IMG/VR virus record: IMGVR_UViG_3300029615_000411
Coordinates: 119,874 to 183,873 of that record
Strand: one strand, 5' to 3'
Length of the DNA stretch: 64,000 bases
From: a virus
Lineage: Duplodnaviria > Heunggongvirae > Uroviricota > Caudoviricetes
Of this stretch, positions 59,301-64,000 are shown in pieces. Positions within the stretch are counted from its first letter, which is position 1, and every line of letters starts with the position of its first letter. A program made the position numbers and the translations under genes. The notes under the pieces were generated by a model. It worked only from the letters and a program-made list of their open reading frames with translations. It ran no database searches and was not told the DNA's origin.

Positions 59301-62300
59301 CCGGTACGAACGAGAGGCTTCTTCTTGCTATCGGTAGTAGCGTTGGTAGGATATGTGATGTTGGGAGATTCGTTATTTGAATAGGTGATGTTTACACCGC
59401 GCAGGACTTCCTGTTCGTTGATGCCTGCATCGGTATCGCCGTCCCATACAACATGTGCGGTAACAGTCAACTGGTTGCCGTCGTACATCTTGTTAGCAAC
59501 AGTCAGCATGACCTTGGCACGAGTAGGAGTGCATTCATTTGCATCCTCGAAGCCAATATCCATTGCGTTCTTGCCAACGCGACGATACAGACGCTTATTC
59601 AGGTCAACGACCTTGATTTTTGCACGACCAGCCTGACCAACACCGGAACCGGCACCGTCATTCAGCTGGTTTGCACCAGTGACGTTTGCTTTAATGATGA
59701 TGTTGCCGTTGTCAAGGTTTGCACCAACAGAAGCGGCATAAGAAGAACCACGCAATGCACCATCGGTAGAAGCAGACTGCCAACCAGAACCGCCGCCGTT
59801 TTCGTGCAGTGTGTTGTTGTAGTCTTCCTCGTCTTCTCGCTGCATGCCGATATCATGACTGCCGCTGTAACCCCAGCCGCAGATATCGCCATGATGGTAT
59901 TCGAAGCCGTCGGCGAAGACCTTGTCTTCTTTTAAAGCACAGTGATAACGTTGACCACTGTTGTTTGAACCAGAACCGCCGACACCACGCTCGGTGTATC
60001 CATTGCCAGAGATAAGTGCAGCACCGGAACCACCGCCAGCAACGCCGAACATCGACGAGCCGTCACCGTAATTCTTCAGCTGTCCATCACCGATAAGGCC
60101 AAAAGCAACCGTGGTAGCGCCACCGCCGCCGCCAAAGCCTATGGGAGAATTGCTGTGGTAGCTGCTGTCAGGGCCGTTTCCGCCGTCATAGCAGTCATAG
60201 AATACTGCGCCGACGCCACCGGAACCACCACCGTTATAGCCACCGGAGCCACCGGAACCACTGCCGGTAGAACCGCCACCGGAACCACCACCGGAACCGC
60301 CACCGCCTGCACCACCAGCGACAAAGTAGAGGGTCGTGCCTTCCTTGATGTCTGCCGTGATAATGGTGTGGCTACCGGAGTTACCGCTGATACCATCTGT
60401 CATACTTGCATTGCCGCCGCCAGCACCCCACAGGTCAATCTGATAGGTTGCATCAAACGGAGCAGTCCAAGAAGAAGTGGGATGGTTTCCGTCATTGGCA
60501 TTGAACGACTGGTCAGCTGCACGAACATTCTTTTCATCAATATAGAAGAAAACCTGCTCGTTGGTGCCGTCAAACTCTTCCATGTCGTAGCAGTGATACT
60601 GGATAGCATTGCGCCAGAACCACTGCCAGATTTCTTTCGGGTAAGAGTAGGCGGACCATAATGCGTAGCCATGGTCCAGATAAGGCGCATAGTCCTCATT
60701 GTTCTTATCCAGATATCCGCGTTCATCGAGAGAAATGCCAAGTTCAGCCAACGTCTTGCCCTGAACATCAATCTGGGAAGGATTGCCGTTCATGTCATAA
60801 CGGGTAGCCGTTGTCATTTTTCCCTGATACCGGGTACTGAGATTAACACTCAGGTAATCGCTCTGACTGAACACGGTACGAGAAGTATCTCTGTGTTTTC
60901 CGTACGGGAACTCATTGACAATCTGATAACGGGACATAATGTACCGAAGTCCATTAGGTGCCTCAATTGTCAAATCCGGATACATGAAGACAGAGTGTCT
61001 ATCAACACCGCAACTAACAAGATTGCGCTCGTTTGCATGGATGCTGATATTGTAATCCAGCCACAACTCTGCACCTGTGTCGGTGTTATTTTTATCAATA
61101 CCGCCGTTCACATAGTCAAAGTTATGAGCAAGAGTATTTGTGATGGTCTGGCTCTTCAGGTTCGTGCTGTTGTAGCCGCGAATGTATTCCAGATACGGTT
61201 TGCACTGGAAATAGAAGTGCTCAGTACCGAAGTCCATCGGGTTCGTTGCGGATTCAATGTGCAGGCTCGTGGTAATGCTCCACTTAGCATATGCACTGTT
61301 GATGTCAAACGGCTGGCCATTCAACATCGTATCCTCAACAGGTTTGATATCATCAATGGTGATGTAGGCAGTGAACTTGCCGAACGGAGAACCGGAGTGC
61401 TCAGTTTCGATTGCGTCCACGACCTGCTTCATCACAGAACTGTCATCTGTATTGATGTCGTATCTGGTTTTGACGATATTTGCCCAGTCTTTGTAGTTTT
61501 CGGTAGTCAAACCGTTACCGTTGTTAGCGTACCCGTTGATATTGATGGGGTTGATGACGGGTTTGTACTCTGTGGATGCAGAATTCAAGTCGTCTTGGAA
61601 ACCCCACTGCAATACAGGGATAAGGATACGGTTTCCGGATTCTGTCAATTTGCTGGGAGAGAATGTGATAGTCGTTGTATAAACGGCCACGTTCTTATCA
61701 GAAATCAACGGGTTATTGGAATCGCCTCTGCTGGCATTCCAGTTATCTACTTGGTCCTGCGTTGTCTCAACAGACCAGTAATTCTGACCAAAATTGCCAG
61801 TCGCATCGCCCTCGCTGTTATGCTCCTGCATCATCAATGCACGGGCTTCCAGCATAGTTGCGGAAACGAAAGGTGCATCGACCTGCAACAGGCCATAACG
61901 GGAAGTATCGAATCCTGCGTTGTCAGCATCGCCGATTGCGCTGTAGGAGTTCTCGACCTTGGTTCTTTTTTCGTTAAAGCGATAGCTTGCAACGATACGG
62001 AAATAATATCCGGACCAGTTGTAATCTGCCGCGTGCAGGGTAAGAGTGATAGTAGTGTGTTTCTGAGCACACTGCTGGTCAGTGAAACCATCAGGACGCC
62101 AGAAATCAGCAGGCAACCATTTGTTGTCATGAATCATACTTGCGGTCTCTTTCCCCTTTGCGAGGGTATCGACCGTATGTGCTTCAATGTCAACCTTGTT
62201 TACCTGACTATTATCTACGGTATTCAGTGTATAAGTACCACCGAATGTGACGGATGTGGCAAGGGTCTGCCAATCGTCATCATAGGGGTCTTTGTATTGA

Positions 62301-64000
62301 ACATCGTAGCTGTAGCCCTTATCATCAAGGCCCTTCCAGTAATCTGTTTCAAACACGAAGGTGGCTTCGTCCTGAGTCATAACACGCTGATTCGGTGCCT
62401 GCGTCATGGACATAGGGCGTTCTTCGATTTGAATGATACCGGAGGCTTCCGGAGTAATTACGCCGGGGTCGATGGTGGAATAAGTCTTACCCTCAACCTC
62501 GTAGTCTGTACGAAGCTGAATAGCGTTTCCTGTATATGCCAGCATTTGCAGCTGTACATCCACGGAACTGTGCGGGTAATTGTATACACCATCATTGCCG
62601 TCGTGGAATACCGGCGTTTTGATGATACCTGTTACGGCACCGTCTTCGGTAGTGAACTGACCGTAATGGCCAATCTTGACCCAGTCGCTCAAAGCATTAT
62701 TGGTATCGCGCAGGTCAACCACGCGGTAATACCATGTTACGGATTCATTGCTGATGGGCTGATTGTAGATGATACCGGAACCTTCGAGAACCTTGGTGGT
62801 CTCGCCTTCCCAGTAACGGTAGTTCTCAATAGGTGTTGCTTCGATTGTCAGCAGTTCCAGAGGAACCGTTTCGCAGTCGTTCCAGAAATGAGGAGGAACC
62901 TTTGCAACGATAGGACCGTATTTGGTGACCTCATTGCCAGCCTTGTCATATACGCGGGCACGAAGAATCGTTTTACCGCCTACATAGATACAGGGCAGGT
63001 TAGAAATACAATACTGGTCTACGTTGTTGACTACACAGCTAAAATCGTCGCCCGGCTGTAATAGTGCCGTGTTATCCTCGTACCGGATATGAACGGTATA
63101 TCCCTCGTGAACCTGACCATCGTTGAACAACTTTGCGTCGCTCAGCTTGCCGTAGATACGAGCGATACCGGTGGTACGAACGGACGGAGAGCTGTTACCG
63201 CTGTCTTTAAAGACAGTGTCCCAACCTTTCAGTCTGTCAGTACCAAGGTTCCAATCGTTGCCGTCTCCGGTACGGTATGCACCCAAATCACCGGTGGTGT
63301 TATCGAACAGAGCACCGTCTTTGGGGACTTTTACATCGAAGTATTTGCTGTTCCAGTGACCTGTGAAGTTCTTGATGGGCTTCCAAGTCGTGGAATCAAA
63401 GCCCAGCTTCGTCAGGTCGAGGTCTTCCATCAGTTCGTAGCAATCGCTCAGAGGATACCAGTAGCTGCCGCCGTTGGCGAGAGCTGTCAGAATCTTCTTG
63501 GCGTTTGCTGCATTGACACGATGGACGAAGTGCGTCATTTGCTGGTCGGCTTGGTCAGCGGCACAGACTTCACACTGCTTGCGCTGAGAAATCCACATCA
63601 GGGTGTTGACGCAAAGCTGCATTTCCTCAGTAGATGCGTTATTCCAACCACCATTTCCATTATCAATGGGAAGGTGACCAATCTGGTTCATAACAAAGTT
63701 GCCGGAACCAGCAAGATAGAAGTTGTTGGTGCCACTGCGCCCATCAACGGTGGGCTCGTACAGTTTGCCGAGTCCTGCATCTGTGAAATCAGATGCGCAA
63801 CCGTCATACTGAACCCAAATATCGTCGAATGCAACCTGACCATTGCTGTGAGTCAGAGCAGCAGGAACTGTCTGACCAACACTAAACTTATAAGGCCAGT
63901 TGGTCGGTGTACGATGCTTGATATCGGGGTTAACCATAGCCTCTTCATAGGTGTATCCGCCGTTTGCACGGATACGAAGACTACGGCTACCGTAGATTGT
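44372..64000 (-). CDS. giant surface protein (more than 6540 aa; N-terminus beyond window) of DUF11/CARDB-like and MBG-like repeats with C-terminal NKKTG sorting signal
   Basis: Open frame continues past 63937 to window end with no stop; about 30 DUF11-like repeats (LNYTITVKNNGKGDAENVTVKDFFDG... / VTYTITVKNT...VSDTNNF); ends SNKKTG + TM + HKRKKD. Confidence 0.8.
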   Translation of the reverse strand, partial: TIYGSRSLRIRANGGYTYEEAMVNPDIKHRTPTNWPYKFSVGQTVPAALTHSNGQVAFDDIWVQYDGCASDFTDAGLGKLYEPTVDGRSGTNNFYLAGSGNFVMNQIGHLPIDNGNGGWNNASTEEMQLCVNTLMWISQRKQCEVCAADQADQQMTHFVHRVNAANAKKILTALANGGSYWYPLSDCYELMEDLDLTKLGFDSTTWKPIKNFTGHWNSKYFDVKVPKDGALFDNTTGDLGAYRTGDGNDWNLGTDRLKGWDTVFKDSGNSSPSVRTTGIARIYGKLSDAKLFNDGQVHEGYTVHIRYEDNTALLQPGDDFSCVVNNVDQYCISNLPCIYVGGKTILRARVYDKAGNEVTKYGPIVAKVPPHFWNDCETVPLELLTIEATPIENYRYWEGETTKVLEGSGIIYNQPISNESVTWYYRVVDLRDTNNALSDWVKIGHYGQFTTEDGAVTGIIKTPVFHDGNDGVYNYPHSSVDVQLQMLAYTGNAIQLRTDYEVEGKTYSTIDPGVITPEASGIIQIEERPMSMTQAPNQRVMTQDEATFVFETDYWKGLDDKGYSYDVQYKDPYDDDWQTLATSVTFGGTYTLNTVDNSQVNKVDIEAHTVDTLAKGKETASMIHDNKWLPADFWRPDGFTDQQCAQKHTTITLTLHAADYNWSGYYFRIVASYRFNEKRTKVENSYSAIGDADNAGFDTSRYGLLQVDAPFVSATMLEARALMMQEHNSEGDATGNFGQNYWSVETTQDQVDNWNASRGDSNNPLISDKNVAVYTTTITFSPSKLTESGNRILIPVLQWGFQDDLNSASTEYKPVINPININGYANNGNGLTTENYKDWANIVKTRYDINTDDSSVMKQVVDAIETEHSGSPFGKFTAYITIDDIKPVEDTMLNGQPFDINSAYAKWSITTSLHIESATNPMDFGTEHFYFQCKPYLEYIRGYNSTNLKSQTITNTLAHNFDYVNGGIDKNNTDTGAELWLDYNISIHANERNLVSCGVDRHSVFMYPDLTIEAPNGLRYIMSRYQIVNEFPYGKHRDTSRTVFSQSDYLSVNLSTRYQGKMTTATRYDMNGNPSQIDVQGKTLAELGISLDERGYLDKNNEDYAPYLDHGYALWSAYSYPKEIWQWFWRNAIQYHCYDMEEFDGTNEQVFFYIDEKNVRAADQSFNANDGNHPTSSWTAPFDATYQIDLWGAGGGNASMTDGISGNSGSHTIITADIKEGTTLYFVAGGAGGGGSGGGSGGGSTGSGSGGSGGYNGGGSGGVGAVFYDCYDGGNGPDSSYHSNSPIGFGGGGGATTVAFGLIGDGQLKNYGDGSSMFGVAGGGSGAALISGNGYTERGVGGSGSNNSGQRYHCALKEDKVFADGFEYHHGDICGWGYSGSHDIGMQREDEEDYNNTLHENGGGSGWQSASTDGALRGSSYAASVGANLDNGNIIIKANVTGANQLNDGAGSGVGQAGRAKIKVVDLNKRLYRRVGKNAMDIGFEDANECTPTRAKVMLTVANKMYDGNQLTVTAHVVWDGDTDAGINEQEVLRGVNITYSNNESPNITYPTNATTDSKKKPLVRTGSYTATATYTGKYEVTFCWENTKPGKTYVVRGESTTPDEYVSGNGNVVYFDIYPRPLHLYSYDNNKIYDNISTTKVSDIKIKAATADSGIVHGDTVALNSTLAYGYYCENYAPEDFAKTSFRESIHTGLHSIKTVTILELINNPFDNYYIASEDFTGTINPRPLYIHSQYHDTNKYKWNYDGNSNDIGNGKYLTDTTVYDNQNVTIEQAYEMILAGKQENIDITRYTKTEQDNYQNTVVNPNNIKVYDSYYNANIGEEGQGNIYIDNITNYDSVELNAQTYVGSYADSNAGEQLTGYDANGDNGVIKEDRYNGLSTNTIRHLPYSVKYSYSTTTPQVGQKMTVTIAVTNKDTGYGLAAQNNYVAPVAIQNLRLKSRFAGNGPITLKSTNGIRMNQQGTEFYIDTIPVGGTVNIEFEYTVQDIDDTNALVRDIEQNNEMYLVNNNYNDYYIADKTFSGGIYRTTLRAQVKSVSTTYGHGFKNIKLPYADDVYYWNKGSDSWLTMEGLVEDHKTAAQDDEKLDLKAKKTNNYQSKFVYNVVPSETTDAGSYPVSYIGLNEFNYDVLKNYVVTEDPGSIEVKPRKIMISVDESQKIYGTTNPFFNSTFKVLGTDDQGNELDVSDENNWTVLGDDATVDYNNMHLIGNDTIGNVVEVVNGASRTALAFKNGTSNLPYLTTATQSSDVIYQTDVPEEECAYCLEKYNEMHKGHEHYHDDDHPHTHVPVNGYPVSVNENTGYGNTLGIKTVTNSEGQVVSNYELVYESNVLKVHPRLIRIAALDAMKAYGGTEPALKWTVDGEIIKPTSEMLGIKAVRDSGENVRDEGYTIRISYEKSTASNYIVETNDAKMTITPVPLTIVFGNQERYYGEDNKNDYTLTVVGLKHGDTADVALKNNDGATAKVLETAKNTLSDYINLTYNKYTDVGSNYLYGDKSYCEEHTILVPRENADGGYNYTIANYTPGVLTIKPRPMLLEVTGWQKELGDADKVQDFTLTDMITHNSVNGQQKLGAGSRITDASVVVNPDKVPIVFNLVRAEGEEVGSYPVYSTPQDRQIGNLAANDQKQLELDNPNYDFEYRYANDLIVKRQGLMITVDDKVRYYGDRVNRFYDGSTDYTYHVFKVENGEAVEITAEEAGINTNSFTFTHLDTQTSSSGTYKDCISLSGVHSTIYDDDDITITAGNLTIIPRPVSVIAEDNTKVYGDADPELKYTLHDGVRGEDGNYYIEYANGPVLTEKEGADVPVQPGDLEGTGVTREPGEDVWTGEHSFGKAYAINANDISPVSKDGITNYVITMENGNFTITPAELVVTVKGGYSKTYGEENPAFDADITGFKRDDTKETVLNGELGFATLCFDLSDAGKYIVTAGNNNEDAVNPDCVVLEDGEEHIGSTFEVKSNTNFEKNYVIRYVNGDITVNPKELIVRIDHKVKTYGTADPAFTFHYEDNAGNVIGLIDPENSPLNVELYRTKGENVVRGDVTAADSLNKWGTTLYDGDYLISAKYDTNNKNYAVTVYDGSLKIIPATLTVTVDGGYKTTYGDEIPEFTYSITGFVGRDVKDETGTGIKDDESKVSGTATMYCNDNAGNPVTNKTKVGNYPINYDRQQLVADNGNYKFIYVGGDLTIGKKPIHVKADDQQKVYGEKDPDPLTWTITDPEELVNPGDEDFFDITTKRPGADTDDGEQVGKYPITIDGTDPSGNYEIITTPGTLTIVPATIVVTVIDDEKYFGEDNPTPNVTITGYKRGDTIDDIGGKDALKTKTDAEKWSPVGEYPVSAKDSTFHNPNYDFVYIDGKLTVKPLIINIKAEDDRKTYGDNDPDKFNVSYTLTNEKDEPYTPDKDLRDYIDRALNLDAARVPGENVRTENPGYSIVPTYTEVDNIEIGTVTPGHFFIDPREVTITANSAEKVYDGTPLTEPGYTYAPELVDNDLLGIHDKMDSVTVTGSQTEVGSSKNVPSDAVIINTEDGSGSNANYIIKYVDGTLTVRDKEIVSIEKSADRERATDYDVIRYTITVTNATSHDLHNVIVKDTNNFVGVPALSQANGVTYDAEKGEFVIAEISHLRDETHTNAVTFTYTYTVDPTDHGTNNNDILENNAKITDMKVVESYTENPDGSTTPNYTEPNKDWLVETPDVDVEIIRQNLTIEKSADKTEAGVGDVVTYTLKVTNTGNTKLENVVVKDTSNFMGEPVENTKLHFGYRVNDDGTWTITSLGVGKSVTITYKYTVVADDLANGKLDNIATATIPAREDPTIPEKPVDSNEVIVPLYYKHLTIVKSADRDHAYPGEVVKYQVTVTNDGTVDMTNVTVSDDTNALGMFIVSTGDGYTYNPETRLFTIPALNVGDSVTLNYLYIVQNGDPETIINVATAHAPKNPDTEIPGDKDIEEPSKPVEVDVLRDELTIVKNADKSFVDMNGNDTTVTYTLTVKNSGNTKLTNVIVTDTSNGNGTVEYTGDLMYDGNGKWMIPELNAGDSVEITYVYTAVAEDMNLDNGNIVNTAVAEGKNPDNKTVTSDPDTETVHVGEVPDRDIRVVKTSLESSVMIGDTIHYTITVTNNGTMTAQNVVVRDFNDGIGEINAASSDKYTYDAATHSFTIAEIAAGEVVEIPVTYTVQEGDKGTVNNAAVEIPEIPEIEKKADKQTVVVGEVVTYTITVTNTTNETKTNVEVKDTNNFTGVITPAENTDVVSYIGDKVWNISSIGAGESVDIVYTYTVMNEDAPNTMLVNNAEMTYVTDSGKVKIPSNEVDIPVIPDTPTPEHVGPTVVKQADKAIANIGDTVHYTVVMHNNDTVDYVNAALHDKNNFNGVITNVKNGTLESASAGSAVIKVGTIPAGKTVTVEYDYIVLNTDAGKGQDTYNELKNVATLHYWFADEDQTPENEKTKPSNEVTIKVPGSDVPVPVNPPEGKLKVEKFVDKKSASVGDMLHYTVKVSNVGDGELKNILVEDFFDGHGKLNYIPTVGVVVNGDGTYTINKLPAGTFMELRFTYVIVEGDEPEVLNAAVVTTPPVDPPLEPTKTADKKFAFVDEIVTYTISVYNPDTKAKTNVTVKDTNNFVGSINAANTDKYTYNGDNTWTIPEIGAGETIDITYTYTVQSNDEKLLENKADVTYSENGNTVKLDTPTVDVVVPDKGTVSIHKEADKKMAKPGEVVTYNVTVTNNKGFDVHDVVVTDANNFAGEITGVDGADYTFENGEFHIAEIAAGASVTLTYTYTVEIGDVPTQILENIATADVPGTNPEDPNNPGHGKDPNKPIDNDEKIPSNPVDVEVPGSETETKIPDLVLTKSVDKSEAAVGDTLNYTITVKNNGKGDAENVTVKDFFDGKGTLNFVAMDGVTDNGDDTYTIASVKAGESVTLNFTYVVVDGDAPEVLNAAVITTPKPSTDIVKSADKHIAKVNEIVTYTITVKNNSKDTLTNLLVSDTNNFKGEIEGKDGKGYTYNGDKTWTIATLESGKSIDITYTYTMQANDETVIENTADVRYSYNGTDYDIPSNPVEVEKPNDGVVTIFKTADKTKAEPNEVVTYTVTIHNGKDYDIKNVRLTDANNFAGKIEGVDGAGYKFTNGEFVIDKIPAGGDAVVRYAYTVQIADVPTKILENIATAHVPGKNPGDPDEEIPSNKVDVEVPGDGTHVDVPEGKLEIVKSVDKAEAKVGDTLNYTITLTNVGGQAVKNAVVKDFFDGNGVLNFVPMDGVTDNGDYTYTVANVEKGQSITLRFTYTVVAGDAPMVLNAAVVKDPTPPVDIEKTADKHVAMVDEVVNYTITVKNTTDKTVTDLLVSDTNNFTGAITSKDNAKYTYNGNHTWTIPSIKAGESIDILYTYTVKTTDPSTLVNEADVRYTTDDGEYVIKADPVEVVVPKDGEVTIVKSGDKKIAEPGEVVTYTVTIHNGKAHDITNVVVSDSNNFAGTITGTNGVGYKFVDGHFVIDKIAAGADAVLTYTYTVQIADVPTHILENVATAHVPGTNPEDPENPGHGKDPDKPIDPDTDIPSNKVEVKVPGSEVETEIPEISITKSVDKPTAKIGDTLNYTVTVKNGGNADAENILIKDFFDGNGTLNFKAMDGVTDNGDNTYTISTVKAGESVKLRFSYVVVEGDEPLVLNAAVIKDPTPPVDVEKEADKHIAKVDEVVTYTISVKNTTSESVDNVTVTDTNNFKGEIKAENADKYTYNGNKTWTIPTIAAGETIYITYTYTMQAEDATVIENIANVTYSKDGTDYNIPSNPVDVEKPDDGVVTIRKAADKTKAEPGEVVTYTVTVHNGKNHDIENARLTDTNNFAGEIVSVEGADYTFENGEFTINKIPAGGDVVIHYTYTVEIADVPTQILENIATIHVPGTNPEDPNNPGHGKDPEKPIDPDTEIPSNKVDVEVPGSETETEIPVIEITKSVDKAEAKVGDTLNYTVTVANKGKADAENVVVEDFFDGNGTLNFVPMDGVADNGDNSYTISTVKAGESVTLNFTYVVVTADAPKVLNAAVVKDPTPPIDVEKDADKYIAKVTDVVTYTITVKNTTDETVNDITVADHNNFAGDVTAESSNRYTYNGDGTWTIGYLDAGEALDIVYTYTVETTDESVMENTATIKYTHDGEQYNIPSNTVDVKKPDDGVVTIWKSANKTVAKPGETVTYTVTVHNGKDHDIQNAALTDENNFSGSIFAVDGAGYHYENGVFTIDTIPAGGDVVVHYAYTVGIADVTTHILENVATIHVPGTNPEDPENPGQGKDPTKPIDPDTDIPSNKVDVEVPGSGTETDVPLEKSLTIVKSADKTKVNVGETINYRVVVTNTGEVDLVNVTVKDNNDGASHIEAQNGDEYTYNSATTTFTIVRIPVGESFTLTYSYVAVDADAGHDVINVAVAKAPGQNPEDPENPGHGKDPSKPIDEDVEKPSNEVKVPVVKPSTPTTPDEPKPTPTPDNPKPTPTPDNPKPTPTPPIGWLDIFKVDGKPFSLFSIFTSNKKTGIGFAQSIVGLVAMVGIGVAALVVVNHKRKKDENDNKDNHKDDSAE
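44601..44681 (-). repeat. 3 x 27-bp tandem repeat encoding a Pro/Thr-rich stalk (PTPDNPKPT x3) just before the sorting signal of adhesin 2
   Basis: ggagtaggcttcgggttgtcaggagtc repeated, third copy degenerate. Confidence 0.6.
44900..51500 (-). repeat. about 1.1-kb super-repeats (about 5-6 copies) encoding DUF11-like domain triplets plus HVPGTNPEDPENPGHGKDP linker in adhesin 2
   Basis: Near-identical stretches recur near 45190, 46290, 47395, 48470 and 49560. Confidence 0.55.

Noticed and set aside
47435-59380. 3981-aa plus-strand ORF, and other long plus-strand ORFs (35953..38346, 38377..42591, 42745..44043, 44360..47281, 60671..63061) inside the giant genes
   Set aside because: They lie antisense to minus-strand genes whose translations show clear domain repeats, a signal peptide, sorting signals, RBS and promoter. 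The plus-frame products are low-complexity (V/I/G/N/R-rich) with no start context. They are shadow ORFs caused by codon bias in repetitive sequence.

Overview
Almost the whole window is transcribed leftward (minus strand). It reads as plasmid-like or phage-plasmid-like accessory DNA from a low-GC Gram-positive bacterium, probably a Clostridia-type gut anaerobe. It carries a ParM/ParR-like partition pair with nearby iterons, two XRE-type regulators, an orphan phage-type Dam methyltransferase, many small Cys-rich or hypothetical genes, and two families of near-identical sigma-A-type promoters, several followed by leader terminator hairpins. The centrepiece is an about 5.6 kb operon (17.0 to 11.4 kb) encoding a second, non-ribosomal-context SecY (446 aa), small overlapping SecG-like and SecE-like genes, a trigger-factor/FKBP-like lipoprotein PPIase and a class-B-like sortase. 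Next to it lie a flotillin gene and two giant secreted repeat proteins, one of 2650 aa and one of more than 6540 aa that is truncated at the window end. Both are built from MBG-like and DUF11/CARDB-like repeats and end in an unusual N-x-K-T-G sorting motif followed by a hydrophobic stretch and a K-rich tail. I interpret this as a mobile-element-borne, dedicated accessory-Sec / sortase / foldase system for exporting and anchoring giant adhesins. All calls come from reading the sequence and ORF translations; no database searches were run. The long plus-strand ORFs inside the giant genes are antisense shadows and were not called.
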